From contig OZ252239.1 of the NCBI GenBank assembly GCA_965249485.1, positions 3,104,001 through 3,168,000 on the forward strand: a stretch of 64,000 nt of DNA, read 5' to 3'. A model generated the notes under the pieces. That model saw only the letters and a list, made by a program, of their open reading frames with translations. It was not told where the DNA came from and did not search any database. Positions 29,173-40,106 of this stretch are shown one piece after another. A program made the position numbers and the translations under genes. Within the stretch, counting starts at the first letter, position 1. Every line of letters begins with the position of its first letter. The stretch is from a bacterium. GTDB taxonomy: Bacteria > SM23-31.

Positions 29173-29286
29173 TTATCCCTGCCGTTGTTTGTGGCGTTTA
29201 TTTTTGCAGATTATTCGCACAACACCCCTGCGCTTGATTACTCTGCAATTATCGCACATTTTTTTTACGGACGATCGTACCTTCAT
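29173..29286 (-). CDS. rpmJ: 50S ribosomal protein L36
   Basis: Hand translation [37 protein letters not shown] (below ORF-track cutoff). Confidence 0.98.
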   Translation of the reverse strand: MKVRSSVKKMCDNCRVIKRRGVVRIICKNKRHKQRQG

Positions 29287-29311
29287 ACAACTGCTCCATC
29301 TCCATTAAAAA

Positions 29312-29530
29312 TTATTTATAGCGATATACTATTCTGCCCCGCGACAGGTCATATGGCGACATTTCAACAGCCACTTTATCTCCGGGAAGTATCTTTATAA
29401 AATGCATTCTCATTTTTCCGGAAATATGGGCCAAAATAATGTGCCCATTTTCAAGCTTCACACGAAAAGTAGCATTCGGAAGTGTCTCAGTTATAACACC
29501 ATCTACTTTTATTGCTTCTTGTTTTGCCAA
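29312..29530 (-). CDS. infA: Translation initiation factor IF-1
   Basis: [25 protein letters not shown]. Confidence 0.98.
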   Translation of the reverse strand: MAKQEAIKVDGVITETLPNATFRVKLENGHIILAHISGKMRMHFIKILPGDKVAVEMSPYDLSRGRIVYRYK

Positions 29531-29533
29531 AAA

Positions 29534-30289
29534 TTATCTCCCCTCAGTTAGGATTTCGGGACCATTCGATGTTATTGCAACCGTATGCTCAAAATGTGCA
29601 GACGGTTTTCTATCCGATGTAATAACGGTCCATCCATCCTGTAAAAAAGAGATATCGCATCCCCCAACATTGACCATTGGTTCGATGGCAAAAACCATCC
29701 CCGATTGAATCTGTGGCTGAGCTGCTCTTCTCTGGTCAACGAAATTCGGTATTTCAGGCTCCTCATGGAGTGAGGATCCGATACCATGTCCAACGAGCTC
29801 ACGAACAACAGAGTATCCTTCCGATTCTACCCGTTCTTGAATTGCACTGGAGATGTCCGATATTCGGTTCCCCTCAATCGCCTGATCTATGCCTATTTGT
29901 AAAGATTCTTCTGTTATTTTCATCAGCTTGGATTTTTCATCAGAGATGCTACCGATTGCAAAAGTTCGTGCTGCATCAGCAAAGTATCCTTTGAACTCCA
30001 CTCCAATATCGACACTAACCAGTTCACCTTCTTGAATCTCTCTCCCATTCGGAATTCCATGCACAACAACTTCATCAATCGAAATACAGGTGCTTCCGGG
30101 AAATCCTCTGTAACCTTTAAATGCCGGCTTTGCACCCGATTTGGTTATAAACTTTTCTACTGTTTTGTCCAGGTCTGACGTTTTCATTCCAGCTTCTATG
30201 ACATCATCAACAACATGAAATGAATCTACAAGAATTTTCGCAGCTGATCTCATTTTGGCTAATTCTTCCGGAGAACGGCGATAAATCAT
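29534..30289 (-). CDS. map: Methionine aminopeptidase type I
   Basis: CISIDEVVVHGIP, GHGIG..LHEEP, AIEPM, SAHFEHT. Confidence 0.97.
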   Translation of the reverse strand: MIYRRSPEELAKMRSAAKILVDSFHVVDDVIEAGMKTSDLDKTVEKFITKSGAKPAFKGYRGFPGSTCISIDEVVVHGIPNGREIQEGELVSVDIGVEFKGYFADAARTFAIGSISDEKSKLMKITEESLQIGIDQAIEGNRISDISSAIQERVESEGYSVVRELVGHGIGSSLHEEPEIPNFVDQRRAAQPQIQSGMVFAIEPMVNVGGCDISFLQDGWTVITSDRKPSAHFEHTVAITSNGPEILTEGR

Positions 30290-30939
30290 TGAGTCACCTC
30301 ATCTAGTAGTAATACAATGAATTTAAAAACATCATCTGCATTGTTCAATCCGTCAACCGTTTTTACAAGATTTTTACTGCTATAATGTCCGATAAGAGGC
30401 TCTGTTTCGTTTTTATACACTGATAACCGGTTTTTGATTGTGCTTTCTTTATCGTCATCACGTTGATAAATCTCTCCCCCGCACGCAGTACATTTCATAC
30501 TTTTCGGTGTAGGATTGGTTTCAACATTATAATCTTTTCCACAAATTCTACACAGCCGCCTATTGATCAATCTGCTGACGATTTCCTCTTCCGGAACACT
30601 AATATTCACGACTGCATCTAATGGCTTGTCAATATCATCTAATAACGAATCCAAGGCTTCTGCCTGCGGAAGTGATCTGGGAAATCCATCGAGAATGAAT
30701 CCATTTATACAGTCTTTTTCTTGCAACCGTTCATTCATAAGACCAATAATAATTGAATCCGGAACTAACTCCCCTTTTTCCATATATGATTTTGCTTGAT
30801 TACCAAGCTCCGTTCCATCTCTCAGAGCAGCTCTTAAAATATCACCGGTCGAGAGTTGAGGAATTTCATATTTCTGAGCAATTCGAATTCCCTGTGTACC
30901 TTTACCAACACCGGGCGCTCCCAGCAAAACGAGTCTCAT
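30286..30939 (-). CDS. adk: Adenylate kinase (Zn-LID type)
   Basis: GAPGVGKGTQ, STGDILR, LDGFPR, CxxC...CxxC LID. Confidence 0.98.
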   Translation of the reverse strand: MRLVLLGAPGVGKGTQGIRIAQKYEIPQLSTGDILRAALRDGTELGNQAKSYMEKGELVPDSIIIGLMNERLQEKDCINGFILDGFPRSLPQAEALDSLLDDIDKPLDAVVNISVPEEEIVSRLINRRLCRICGKDYNVETNPTPKSMKCTACGGEIYQRDDDKESTIKNRLSVYKNETEPLIGHYSSKNLVKTVDGLNNADDVFKFIVLLLDEVTQ

Positions 30940-32276
30940 TAAAACCGTCTCCCGCGCAGCCGGCCAGTTTTCATAAAGCCATCATAGTGACGCATCAATA
31001 AATGAGATTCAATCTGCTGAAGTGTATCAAGTGCGACTCCAACCACAATTAAAAGTCCGGTTCCGCCGAACATTAATGCAAAGCCAAAATCAACATTGAA
31101 TATTTTGTTAATGAAATAGGGAAATAAAGTAATGACGCCCAGAAAAACTGCTCCGGGCAGAGTAATTTTCGTTAATATATTATCGAGAAATTCAGAGGTT
31201 TTCTTCCCTGGTCTTACTCCTGGAATAAAACCACCGTGTTTTTTCATATTGTCTGCTACATCAATAGGATTGAATGCTATTGCAGTATAGAAATAGGTGA
31301 AAAATACAATTAACACAAATTGGAATATCCAGTAGACTTCATGATCAAATGCGAAATAGCGTGAAAAACTCTGCATTATTGAACTACCGGGGAAAAAGGA
31401 TGCAACTGTTTGTGGAATAAATGTAATAGACTGAGCAAAAATAATCGGCATAACACCGGCAGTATTTACACGCAATGGTATATGAGTAGATTGTCCACCG
31501 TACATTTTTCTTCCGATAACACGCTTGGCATATTGAACAGGAATCTTTCTTGTCCCCTGTGTTAACAATATTACAAACGCAATTGTCCAAAACATTATTA
31601 CAAGGAGAAATACCTCGATAAGAAGCTGCCTGTTTCCTTGAATAAGCTGATAAGCTTCTCGGATAAAGCTATCCGGATAACGGGCGATAATACCGATCAT
31701 AATAATAAGAGAAATTCCGTTACCTATACCCCGTTCGGTAATCTGTTCACCAAGCCACATAATAAATATTGTTCCGCATGTTAGTGTGATAACTGTCAAT
31801 AGATAAAAACTAAATCCTGCATCGGGCGAAACAATTAGGCTACCGCTCCTTGTGGCACTCAAATTCGTTAATAATACGCTGGTACCCCACGCTTGTCCCG
31901 CAGCGATTAATACAGTTCCATACCGGGTCAACTGGGTAATCTTTTTTCTACCCTCTTCACCTTCTTTTTGCAGCTTCTGAAAATAAGGCACAACAGCTCC
32001 GAGAAGCTGAATAATGATAGATGCACTAATATACGGCATAATCCCCAGTGCAAATACAGTTGCTTTTTGAAAGGCGCCACCGACGAACATATCATATAGG
32101 CCAAACAGCGTGTTTGACGATGAAATTTCATTGAACCATTCACCTAATGCATCTGCATTGATTCCAGGAACTGGTACATGGCCGCCTATTCTGTATACAA
32201 CAAGAATCGCCAAAGTAAAGATAATTCTGTTACGGAGTTCCGGAATTTTAAATATGCTCTGGATCTTCTGTATCAT
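30939..32276 (-). CDS. secY: Preprotein translocase SecY
   Basis: ALGIMPYISASII, GIGNGISL, GFIPGVRPG, GGTGLLIVVGV. Confidence 0.98.
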   Translation of the reverse strand: MIQKIQSIFKIPELRNRIIFTLAILVVYRIGGHVPVPGINADALGEWFNEISSSNTLFGLYDMFVGGAFQKATVFALGIMPYISASIIIQLLGAVVPYFQKLQKEGEEGRKKITQLTRYGTVLIAAGQAWGTSVLLTNLSATRSGSLIVSPDAGFSFYLLTVITLTCGTIFIMWLGEQITERGIGNGISLIIMIGIIARYPDSFIREAYQLIQGNRQLLIEVFLLVIMFWTIAFVILLTQGTRKIPVQYAKRVIGRKMYGGQSTHIPLRVNTAGVMPIIFAQSITFIPQTVASFFPGSSIMQSFSRYFAFDHEVYWIFQFVLIVFFTYFYTAIAFNPIDVADNMKKHGGFIPGVRPGKKTSEFLDNILTKITLPGAVFLGVITLFPYFINKIFNVDFGFALMFGGTGLLIVVGVALDTLQQIESHLLMRHYDGFMKTGRLRGRRF

Positions 32277-32722
32277 AGGATAGTAACCGTTCCGCCTGCA
32301 TTATTGATTTTTTCAACCGCCGATTTGCTTGCTGAATGGACTGAAATATCTGCTTTGAAATCGATTTCACCTTTACCGAGGATTTTAACCGGAAGAGTGA
32401 TTTTTTTAATTAATCCCGCACCAACCAAATCCGCAATTTCTATTTTTTTCTTATCTTTCAAACGGCTTAAATTACCAACGTTTATAATCTGCACTTTCTT
32501 TTTGAATATATTGACAAAACCGAATTTCGGGATCCGGCGTTGCAATGGCATTTGACCGCCTTCAAACCAGGCCGGAATTGACGCTCCTGAACGGGATTTT
32601 TGTCCTTTATGTCCTTTACCAGCAGTACCGCCGGTCCCAGAGCCTGGACCTCGTCCTATTCTCTTCTTATTTTTTTTAGATCCCGGAATTGGGGATAATG
32701 TATTCAGCTTTAAAGATTCCAT
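32273..32722 (-). CDS. rplO: 50S ribosomal protein L15
   Basis: RIGRGPGSG, FEGGQMPLQRR. Start at MESLKL. Confidence 0.97.
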   Translation of the reverse strand: MESLKLNTLSPIPGSKKNKKRIGRGPGSGTGGTAGKGHKGQKSRSGASIPAWFEGGQMPLQRRIPKFGFVNIFKKKVQIINVGNLSRLKDKKKIEIADLVGAGLIKKITLPVKILGKGEIDFKADISVHSASKSAVEKINNAGGTVTIL

Positions 32723-32723
32723 A

Positions 32724-32927
32724 CTAATCCTCAATAATTTTCACAAGATGCGTAACTTTCTGCACCATACCGCGTACCTGCGGTGTATCTTTGTGTTCAA
32801 TTATTTGATGTAACTTCCGAAACCCAAGCGCTTCAAGTGTCAACTTTTGACGTTTACTGTAACCGATTGCGCTTTTAAATTGCTGTAATTTCAGTGTTCC
32901 GGTTGCTGTATTCTTTTTTCGTGGCAT
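32724..32927 (-). CDS. rpmD: 50S ribosomal protein L30
   Basis: KSAIG..KRQK.TL.ALG, RGMVQKV.HLV; position in spc operon. Confidence 0.95.
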   Translation of the reverse strand: MPRKKNTATGTLKLQQFKSAIGYSKRQKLTLEALGFRKLHQIIEHKDTPQVRGMVQKVTHLVKIIED

Positions 32928-32943
32928 AATCTTATTTAAATTC

Positions 32944-33444
32944 TTAGTTGTACACCTTATTAATCGGGATTCCCTTTTTGCGTGCTACTGAGTATGCATC
33001 CATCAGGCTTTTGAGCCCGTCTACAGTAGCTTTTACAACATTATGCGGATTTGATGTACCGAGTGATTTTGTCAAAATATTTTGGATACCTGCGAGTTCC
33101 ATGACTGCACGGACAGGCCCCCCAGCGATAATTCCAGTACCAGCAGAAGCAGGTTTGAGAAAAACACGAGCAGTTCCATATTTGCCAATAATCTCATGAG
33201 TTATCGTTGAGTTGATTATTTGTACTTTAAATAATGCTTTCCTTGCATTTTCGACACCTTTCGTAATGGCATCTGTTACTTCATTTGCTTTGCCCAGTCC
33301 AATACCAACAACTCCATCGCCGTTCCCAACAACAACTATTGCGTTAAAACTGAAACGTCTACCACCTTTTACAACTTTCGAGACCCGGTTGATATGAATA
33401 ACTTTTTCTTTAACTTCAATTTCGGCCGGATTCTTAATGTCCAA
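32944..33444 (-). CDS. rpsE: 30S ribosomal protein S5
   Basis: [24 protein letters not shown]. Confidence 0.98.
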   Translation of the reverse strand: MDIKNPAEIEVKEKVIHINRVSKVVKGGRRFSFNAIVVVGNGDGVVGIGLGKANEVTDAITKGVENARKALFKVQIINSTITHEIIGKYGTARVFLKPASAGTGIIAGGPVRAVMELAGIQNILTKSLGTSNPHNVVKATVDGLKSLMDAYSVARKKGIPINKVYN

Positions 33445-33471
33445 GAGTTTACTCCTTTATTAAAAAGAGGT

Positions 33472-33846
33472 TTAGAACTGCAGACCGCCTTCACGGGCAC
33501 CTTCTGCAAGCATCTTTACCCTACCGCGATACTGACAACCGTTCCGGTCAAATACCACAGTTTTTATTTTCAGTTTTTTACCTGCACTGGCTATATCGAG
33601 GCCGATTTGTTTACTAATTTCCAACTTACCCGACGTCGATTTTTTTAATTGTGCATATGAACCTGCGACACTAGCAATAGTAGTAAGTGTTTTTTGATTA
33701 ACGTCGTCAATGAGTTGTGCTGATATATTGTTATTTGCACGGACAACAAGAAGTCGGGGACATTTTGGTGTACCTCTGATTTTTTTCTTGAGACGACGTT
33801 TCAATCGTGCCTCCTTTTCTAACTTTTTCTTTTCCTTCAAATTCAT
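33472..33846 (-). CDS. rplR: 50S ribosomal protein L18
   Basis: PRL.V.R.N..I.AQLIDD, VFDRNG.QYRGRV, AREGGL. Start ATG 33846 or TTG 33855. Confidence 0.96.
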   Translation of the reverse strand: MNLKEKKKLEKEARLKRRLKKKIRGTPKCPRLLVVRANNNISAQLIDDVNQKTLTTIASVAGSYAQLKKSTSGKLEISKQIGLDIASAGKKLKIKTVVFDRNGCQYRGRVKMLAEGAREGGLQF

Positions 33847-33871
33847 AAAATTCAAACTCGCTTATTTAATG

Positions 33872-34408
33872 TTACTGAGCAGTTTTTCCAACCTTCCGTT
33901 TGACTTCTTCACCCACATACCGTATACCTTTTCCTTTATACGGCTCAGGATGTCGAAACGCTCTGATCTTTGCAGCAATTTCTCCAACAAGTTGTTTGTC
34001 AAATCCTTTAATAGTAATTTGCGTACGAGACGGAACTTCCAATGTTATCGGCTCCGGCGGCTTTAACAAAATCGAGTGTGAATACCCCAAATTAAGAATC
34101 AGGTTTTTTCCTTTCAACTCTGCTGTATAACCGACGCCCTGTATTTCAAGATCAATTTGATACCCTTGTGAAACTCCAACAACCATATTGTTGAATAATG
34201 CACGGAAGAGCCCATGAAACGACCGGTGTCTTTTTGTTTCACCAGTTCTTTGGACAACAATATTCGATTCTTCTTGTTGAACCGAAATTTCAGGAGGAAT
34301 CGATTGCATCAATTCACCTTTTGGTCCGGTTACGACACTCACGTTGTCTTCAATTTTAAATGTTACGCCTTTCGGCAGAGCAATCGGCAAATTACCAACT
34401 CGTGACAC
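33872..34408 (-). CDS. rplF: 50S ribosomal protein L6
   Basis: MSRVG, GPKGEL, PEPYKGKGI. Confidence 0.98.
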   Translation of the reverse strand: MSRVGNLPIALPKGVTFKIEDNVSVVTGPKGELMQSIPPEISVQQEESNIVVQRTGETKRHRSFHGLFRALFNNMVVGVSQGYQIDLEIQGVGYTAELKGKNLILNLGYSHSILLKPPEPITLEVPSRTQITIKGFDKQLVGEIAAKIRAFRHPEPYKGKGIRYVGEEVKRKVGKTAQ

Positions 34409-34429
34409 ACTAAACTCCTTATCGAAATA

Positions 34430-34825
34430 TTACCACACATAGAGCAGCACTTCACCGCCAATATGACGGCGCTTTGCTTCTTTATTCGTAATTACACCTA
34501 TAGGTGTCGTTAAAACAGCTGTACCCAGATTGTTCAAGACTCGCGGAATATTATTCGTACCGACATACTTCCGAAGTCCCGGACGAGATACTCTTTTCAA
34601 ACCTGCAATGACAGGTTCGCCTTGATCATATTTCAAGTAGATTCTAATCAAGCCCTGCTGGCCGTCATCAATAACGATATAGTCACGAATGTAATATTCG
34701 TCAAGCAGAACTTTTGAAATATGTTTTTTCAGATTTGATGCCGGGATATCAACATGTTTCTTTTTTGCTTTTAGAGCATTACGAATACGTGTCAGATAAT
34801 CTGCGACCGGATCAGTAACAGTCAT
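34430..34825 (-). CDS. rpsH: 30S ribosomal protein S8
   Basis: DPVADYLTRIRNA, SRPGLRKY, GGEVLLYVW. Confidence 0.98.
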   Translation of the reverse strand: MTVTDPVADYLTRIRNALKAKKKHVDIPASNLKKHISKVLLDEYYIRDYIVIDDGQQGLIRIYLKYDQGEPVIAGLKRVSRPGLRKYVGTNNIPRVLNNLGTAVLTTPIGVITNKEAKRRHIGGEVLLYVW

Positions 34826-34855
34826 ACCAATTCTCCTAATAAATCGTTTGGAATA

Positions 34856-35041
34856 TTACCAACTTGCCTTAACAATTCCGGGAATATCTCCCTGATGTGC
34901 AAGCTGACGAAAACAAATCCTACAAATCCCAAATTTCCGCATAAACGCCCGAGGCCGGCCGCATCGATTACAGCGATTATATGCGCGAACTTTGAATTTC
35001 TGTTCTTTTTGAGATTTAACAATTAATGATTTTTTAGCCAC
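34856..35041 (-). CDS. rpsN: 30S ribosomal protein S14 (type Z, Zn-binding)
   Basis: [19 protein letters not shown]. Confidence 0.98.
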   Translation of the reverse strand: MAKKSLIVKSQKEQKFKVRAYNRCNRCGRPRAFMRKFGICRICFRQLAHQGDIPGIVKASW

Positions 35042-35077
35042 TTTATTTCAACTCTTCGTTTTATTATTCGACCTGAA

Positions 35078-35941
35078 TTACGCTATTGCAGCAGCTTCTG
35101 CTTGATCTGCAAAGGGCATTCCGAATTGTTTGAGCAGATAATGAGCTTCCTCATCACCATTTGCCGTTGTGACAATACTTATATCCATTCCATGAATTGA
35201 TTCAACATCATCGTAATTTATTTCTGGGAATATGATCTGCTCTTTTACTCCGAGACTGTAGTTTCCAAAACCGTCAAACGATTTATTTGATAAACCTCTA
35301 AAATCCCTGATACGCGGAATTGCTATAGAGATTAACCGGTCAAGGAACTCGTACATTCGTTCTTCACGCAATGTCACTTTACAGCCGATTTTATATCCTT
35401 GACGCAATTTAAAATTTGATACCGACCGTTTTGCCAAGGTTGTAACTGGTTTTTGACCGGTAATGATTTGAAGATCTTCTACAGCCGAATCAAGCAATTT
35501 ACTATTTTGAAGTGCAAGTCCCATTCCCACATTGATCGATATTTTTGTAAGTTTCGGCACCTGATTAACATTGGAGTAATTAAACTGCTTCATCATTGCC
35601 GCAACAATCTCATTCCGGTACTTGGCCATAAGCCGCGGCAAATATTCTTTTTCTTTCCGACCTTTGGAAACTTTAGTTTTCTTCGGTTTCTCTTCCTGCT
35701 TAGAAGTATCCTTTTTTGCTGTTGTCTTTTTTGTAGGGATGTTCTTACTCTTATCGTCCTTTTTGCTCTTTACAGAGGTAGATTCTTTTTTATCTTTTTT
35801 CGGCTTATCCGCAGTCTTTTTCCCGGCCTCTTTTACAGCAGATGATTTTGCAGATTTCGACTTAGCTTTTGTCTTTTTCTCTTCAGCCTTGGGTTCCGAA
35901 TCCGGAGCTGCTGTAATATTTATTTTTTCTTTATCCGCCAT
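35078..35941 (-). CDS. rplE: 50S ribosomal protein L5 with ~100-aa Lys-rich N-terminal extension
   Basis: Core [27 protein letters not shown]. Frame is open from ATG 35941 with GAGAG upstream. Confidence 0.96.
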   Translation of the reverse strand: MADKEKINITAAPDSEPKAEEKKTKAKSKSAKSSAVKEAGKKTADKPKKDKKESTSVKSKKDDKSKNIPTKKTTAKKDTSKQEEKPKKTKVSKGRKEKEYLPRLMAKYRNEIVAAMMKQFNYSNVNQVPKLTKISINVGMGLALQNSKLLDSAVEDLQIITGQKPVTTLAKRSVSNFKLRQGYKIGCKVTLREERMYEFLDRLISIAIPRIRDFRGLSNKSFDGFGNYSLGVKEQIIFPEINYDDVESIHGMDISIVTTANGDEEAHYLLKQFGMPFADQAEAAAIA

Positions 35942-35965
35942 TATCTAACTCTCATAATACTATTT

Positions 35966-36289
35966 TTATTTTTCTGCTGTTGCCAACATTTCTGAGCAAC
36001 TGCGGCACACACGCATACTTTTTCCATTTTCCAGGAGTTTATGTTTGACCCGAATAACTTTGTTACATTTCGGGCAAACTATCATCGCGTTGGAAATGTG
36101 TACAGTTCCCTCTTTTTCGATGATACCACCCTGAGGATTTTTTTGAGATGGCTTTGAGTGTCGTTTTATAAGATTCACACCCTCGACGATTATCCGTTGT
36201 GTCTTAGGAAACGTTTTCAACACACGTCCCTGTTTTCCACGTTCGTTTCCTGCAATTATCAATACCGTGTCATTTTTCACTACATTCAT
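35966..36289 (-). CDS. rplX: 50S ribosomal protein L24
   Basis: IAGNERGKQG, VEGVN, HISN. Confidence 0.97.
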   Translation of the reverse strand: MNVVKNDTVLIIAGNERGKQGRVLKTFPKTQRIIVEGVNLIKRHSKPSQKNPQGGIIEKEGTVHISNAMIVCPKCNKVIRVKHKLLENGKSMRVCRSCSEMLATAEK

Positions 36290-36312
36290 TATTAGACCCT
36301 GCTTAATTCTGG

Positions 36313-36681
36313 CTATAAAACTTCCGGTGCCAACGATGCAATTTTCATATACTGTTTCTCACGCAGTTCACGAGCTACTGGACCGAAAATTCGGGTTCCA
36401 ATAGGTTCGTTGCTTTCGTCAATCAACACAACTGCATTATCATCAAATCGGATGTACGAACCATCTCTTCTTCTGAGTTCTTTTCTGGTACGTACAATGA
36501 CAGCTAGAGAAATTGTCCCTTTTTTCATTGTTGCACCGGGGATTGCGCTTTTGACCGTTACTTTAATAATATCACCGATCCGGCCATATTTTTTCCTGGT
36601 TCCACCAAGTATCCGAAAGCAAAGCACTTGTTTGGCACCGGTATTGTCAGCAACAGCTAATCGTGTTTCTTCTTGAATCAT
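36313..36681 (-). CDS. rplN: 50S ribosomal protein L14
   Basis: [32 protein letters not shown]. Confidence 0.98.
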   Translation of the reverse strand: MIQEETRLAVADNTGAKQVLCFRILGGTRKKYGRIGDIIKVTVKSAIPGATMKKGTISLAVIVRTRKELRRRDGSYIRFDDNAVVLIDESNEPIGTRIFGPVARELREKQYMKIASLAPEVL

Positions 36682-36689
36682 GATACAAC

Positions 36690-36947
36690 CTATTTCGCCT
36701 TTTCCAAAATCTCAATCACTAACCAACGCTTTAATTTGCTGAGCGGTCGAGTCTCTCTCACTTTTACAAAATCACCAATGTTGCACTCGTTATTATCATC
36801 ATGTGCATGCAGCTTTTTTGTTCTTTTTATATACTTCCCGTAAACAGGGTGTTTGATCTTGCGTTCAACGGTAATACCGACCGTTTTTTCCATTGCATTA
36901 CTAACCACAAATCCTGTTCGAGTTTTTCGTTGGTTCCGCTTTTCCAT
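36690..36947 (-). CDS. rpsQ: 30S ribosomal protein S17
   Basis: GFVVS..M.KT, HPVYGK, ETRPLSK.KRW. Confidence 0.98.
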   Translation of the reverse strand: MEKRNQRKTRTGFVVSNAMEKTVGITVERKIKHPVYGKYIKRTKKLHAHDDNNECNIGDFVKVRETRPLSKLKRWLVIEILEKAK

Positions 36948-36968
36948 TGAATAATTACCTTAATTTAC

Positions 36969-37211
36969 CTATTTTTTTGCATCAATTTTATCATTATTCG
37001 CCTGAACTTTCGATGCTCGAATGTTCATATCGAATTCATTGAGAACAGTTTTAAGCCGGGCAATATCTTTTCGTATATACCGCAGCTTCACTGGATTATC
37101 AAGCTCATGAGTTGCCTGCTGAAACCGCATATTTGAATGTGCTTCAAGCAATTCTTCAAGCTCATGCTCAACCTCAACTCTAGTCATATTTTTAATCTCT
37201 AGCATTTTCAT
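36969..37211 (-). CDS. rpmC: 50S ribosomal protein L29
   Basis: RFQ.AT..L.NP, RKDIARLKT. Confidence 0.96.
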   Translation of the reverse strand: MKMLEIKNMTRVEVEHELEELLEAHSNMRFQQATHELDNPVKLRYIRKDIARLKTVLNEFDMNIRASKVQANNDKIDAKK

Positions 37212-37213
37212 GA

Positions 37214-37627
37214 TCAGAATTGCTCCTCCATAACGAATTTTGATTTCAGAGGAAGCTTATGAGCTGCTAAACGAATTGCTTCCTTTGCCGCATCAACTGA
37301 CACGCCATCAAGTTCAAACATTATTCGTCCAGGTTTCACAATAGCAACCCAATATTCGGGAGAACCTTTTCCTTTTCCCATCCGGGTTTCTGCCGGTTTA
37401 GCCGTTATCGGTTTGTGAGGAAATATTCTGATCCAAACTTTCCCACCACGTTTCACATAACGTGTTATTGCAATACGGGCCGCTTCAATCTGACGGCTCG
37501 TAATCCACCCGGCTTCGAGTGCTTTCAGACCATACTGACCAAAGTTTATTTGGTTACCCCGTTGAGCCTTGCCTTTGCTGACGCCACGCTGTAGTTTACG
37601 GAATTTTGCTCTTTTTGGTGCTAACAT
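37214..37627 (-). CDS. rplP: 50S ribosomal protein L16
   Basis: [23 protein letters not shown]. Confidence 0.98.
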   Translation of the reverse strand: MLAPKRAKFRKLQRGVSKGKAQRGNQINFGQYGLKALEAGWITSRQIEAARIAITRYVKRGGKVWIRIFPHKPITAKPAETRMGKGKGSPEYWVAIVKPGRIMFELDGVSVDAAKEAIRLAAHKLPLKSKFVMEEQF

Positions 37628-37655
37628 TACGTTTTTCCTTCAATATGAACGGCTC

Positions 37656-38294
37656 TTATTGCCCAGCTTGTCCAATCACTTCACCAAGACATATCCACAC
37701 CTTGACACCTATGCAACCATATGTCGTATAACTTGTTCTCTGAGCATAATCAATATCCGCACGCAGTGTATGAAGCGGAATACGACCTTCTTTATACTGC
37801 TCTACACGCGCCATTTCTGCACCACCCAACCTACCTGCACATCGTATTCTGATACCCTCTGCGCCCATACGCATTGTTGCAATGATTGCTTTTTTCATGG
37901 CTCGTCTGAACGATATTTTGGCTTCAAGCTGACGCGCAATGTTATCGGCGACAAGGACTGCATCCAGTTCAGGTCGTTTAATTTCTTCAATGTTGAGCTG
38001 AATATCTTTTTTTGTTATTTTTTTCAATTCTTCTTTAAGCTTATCGACTTCTGCTCCCTTCCGGCCGATAACTATTCCCGGACGTGCTGTTTTGATATTG
38101 AGTATTACTTTTTTCGCCGTACGCTCAATATCGATCCGGGATACTCCTGCACGCTGCAACCGGTTCTGAATATAACGGCGGAGCATAATATCTTCCTGGA
38201 GTTTTTCTGCAAATGAATTTTCATCAAACCAATTTGAGTTCCAAGTTTTTATTATTCCTAACCTTAATCCAATAGGATGTGTTTTCTGACCCAA
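37656..38294 (-). CDS. rpsC: 30S ribosomal protein S3
   Basis: [33 protein letters not shown]. Confidence 0.98.
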   Translation of the reverse strand: MGQKTHPIGLRLGIIKTWNSNWFDENSFAEKLQEDIMLRRYIQNRLQRAGVSRIDIERTAKKVILNIKTARPGIVIGRKGAEVDKLKEELKKITKKDIQLNIEEIKRPELDAVLVADNIARQLEAKISFRRAMKKAIIATMRMGAEGIRIRCAGRLGGAEMARVEQYKEGRIPLHTLRADIDYAQRTSYTTYGCIGVKVWICLGEVIGQAGQ

Positions 38295-38311
38295 ACTTTC
38301 CTCCTAGTACT

Positions 38312-38656
38312 TTACGCTTCTTCACTGACTACAAGAGTCACATGGCTAGACCGTTTCCGGATTCTATTGGCTCGCCCCATAGGTCCTGCACGAAACCGTT
38401 TTGCCATGGGTCCGCCATCCACAAATGCTTTCGAAACGATCACATTTGTATAGTCAACTTTCTGAGAACCTTTCAAATGACCAAGGTTCGCAACAGCAGA
38501 CTGAAGCGTTTTTTCAATTATTCGCGCCGCTTTTTTCGGCATAAAGTGGAGCAAGTCTATTGCTTCATTGACTTTTTTGCCCCGTAACAGATCTATGACA
38601 CGCCGTAATTTACGGGGTGATGATCTCACATGTTTTGCTCGTGCACTTGCTTCCAT
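38312..38656 (-). CDS. rplV: 50S ribosomal protein L22
   Basis: SPRK.R...DLLRG, SAVAN, KRSSH. Confidence 0.98.
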   Translation of the reverse strand: MEASARAKHVRSSPRKLRRVIDLLRGKKVNEAIDLLHFMPKKAARIIEKTLQSAVANLGHLKGSQKVDYTNVIVSKAFVDGGPMAKRFRAGPMGRANRIRKRSSHVTLVVSEEA

Positions 38657-38687
38657 ACCACTATCGCTTTTATACCTTTAGAGTTTA

Positions 38688-38975
38688 TCACTTCAATGCC
38701 GATGATCGGTCCAGGATTTTTCCGGCGTGACCTCTATAGGTCCGGGTCGGAGCAAATTCTCCCAGTTTGTGACCAACCATATTTTCTGTTACATATACGG
38801 GTAAAAATTTGTTGCCGTTATGAACTGCAATAGTAACCCCGACAAATTCAGGGGGAATAGTCGTACTTCGTGACCATGTTTTAATTACTCGTTTTTGATT
38901 TTGATTCTGCACATCTAAAACTTTTTTCAAAAGCTTTTGATCGATGTTTGGACCTTTTTTCAAGGATCGTGCCAT
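38688..38975 (-). CDS. rpsS: 30S ribosomal protein S19
   Basis: [23 protein letters not shown]. Confidence 0.98.
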   Translation of the reverse strand: MARSLKKGPNIDQKLLKKVLDVQNQNQKRVIKTWSRSTTIPPEFVGVTIAVHNGNKFLPVYVTENMVGHKLGEFAPTRTYRGHAGKILDRSSALK

Positions 38976-38991
38976 TCGTCATACTCTCCGG

Positions 38992-39813
38992 TTACTTACG
39001 TCTTTTGATAATCAATGGATTTGCTTTGGCTTTCTTTGAACGGGTCTTATACCCTTTAGTCGGTTTACCCCATGGGGTACAAGGATGACGTCCACCCGAA
39101 GATTTTCCTTCACCACCACCCATCGGATGGTCAACTGGATTCTTCGCTACACCGCGAACATGAGGTCTCCGGCCAAGCCACCTGTTTCTTCCTGCTTTTC
39201 CAATCGATACATTTTCATGATCAAGGTTACCGATCTGCCCTATCGTTGCATAGCAGGTCTGGAGAATTTTCCTCATCTCTCCTGAAGGCATTTTTACAAT
39301 TACATACTTATCTTCTTTTGCAACCAACTGTACAGCAGAACCGGCACTTCGCGCAATTTGACCGCCTTTTTGCGGACGAAGCTCAACATTATGGATAAAT
39401 GTACCGAGAGGGATTTTTTCCATAGGGAGAGCATTTCCAACTTTGATTTCGCTCTTAGGTCCTGAGTACACGATATCATCCACATTCAAACCCGCAGGAT
39501 TAAGTATATACCGCTTTTCGCCGTCTACATAGTGCACTAATGAAATAAATGCGCTCCGGTTGGGGTCATACTCTATCGAATGAATTTTACCAGGAATACC
39601 GATTTTATCACGTTTAAAATCCAAAATCCTGTATTTACGTTTGTGTCCCCCACCTTTGTACCGGACAGTTGTTCTACCGTTATTCGCTCTTCCACCCGAA
39701 TTTGAAAGCCCTTTGGTAAGTGACTTCTCAGGTTTATCAACGGTAAAATCTCTTACAATATCAGTTTTGAACCGCTGACCAGGAGTAGATGGATTATACT
39801 GTTTCAACGCCAT
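38992..39813 (-). CDS. rplB: 50S ribosomal protein L2
   Basis: [29 protein letters not shown]. Confidence 0.98.
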   Translation of the reverse strand: MALKQYNPSTPGQRFKTDIVRDFTVDKPEKSLTKGLSNSGGRANNGRTTVRYKGGGHKRKYRILDFKRDKIGIPGKIHSIEYDPNRSAFISLVHYVDGEKRYILNPAGLNVDDIVYSGPKSEIKVGNALPMEKIPLGTFIHNVELRPQKGGQIARSAGSAVQLVAKEDKYVIVKMPSGEMRKILQTCYATIGQIGNLDHENVSIGKAGRNRWLGRRPHVRGVAKNPVDHPMGGGEGKSSGGRHPCTPWGKPTKGYKTRSKKAKANPLIIKRRK

Positions 39814-39818
39814 GAATA

Positions 39819-40106
39819 TTATGCTCCTTCAAACAGCGTAATTTTGTTTCCTTCTGCCAATGTGACCAATGCCTTTTTCCAATCACTTCTTTTACCGGAA
39901 AATCTGCCTAGCCGCTTTACTTTCCCCTGTACATTGACTGTACGAACAGACGTTACTCTTACTTCGAATTTCTTCTCAATAGCTTTTTTAATTTCAACTT
40001 TATTTGCGCGGCGGTCAACTATAAAACCATACTGATTATGCGCATCTGTTAGACCTGTTATTTTTTCTGTAATGAGCGGCCTTATTATGACTTCATACAA
40101 TTCCAC
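39819..40106 (-). CDS. rplW: 50S ribosomal protein L23
   Basis: PLITEK, ANK.EIK.A, WKKA.V.L. Confidence 0.98.
   Translation of the reverse strand: MELYEVIIRPLITEKITGLTDAHNQYGFIVDRRANKVEIKKAIEKKFEVRVTSVRTVNVQGKVKRLGRFSGKRSDWKKALVTLAEGNKITLFEGA

Noticed and set aside
37569..38216. Long antisense ORFs (also 56956-57633, 59421-59975, 41982-42386 and many shorter)
   Set aside because: Shadow frames opposite conserved genes or tRNAs with no recognisable motifs.
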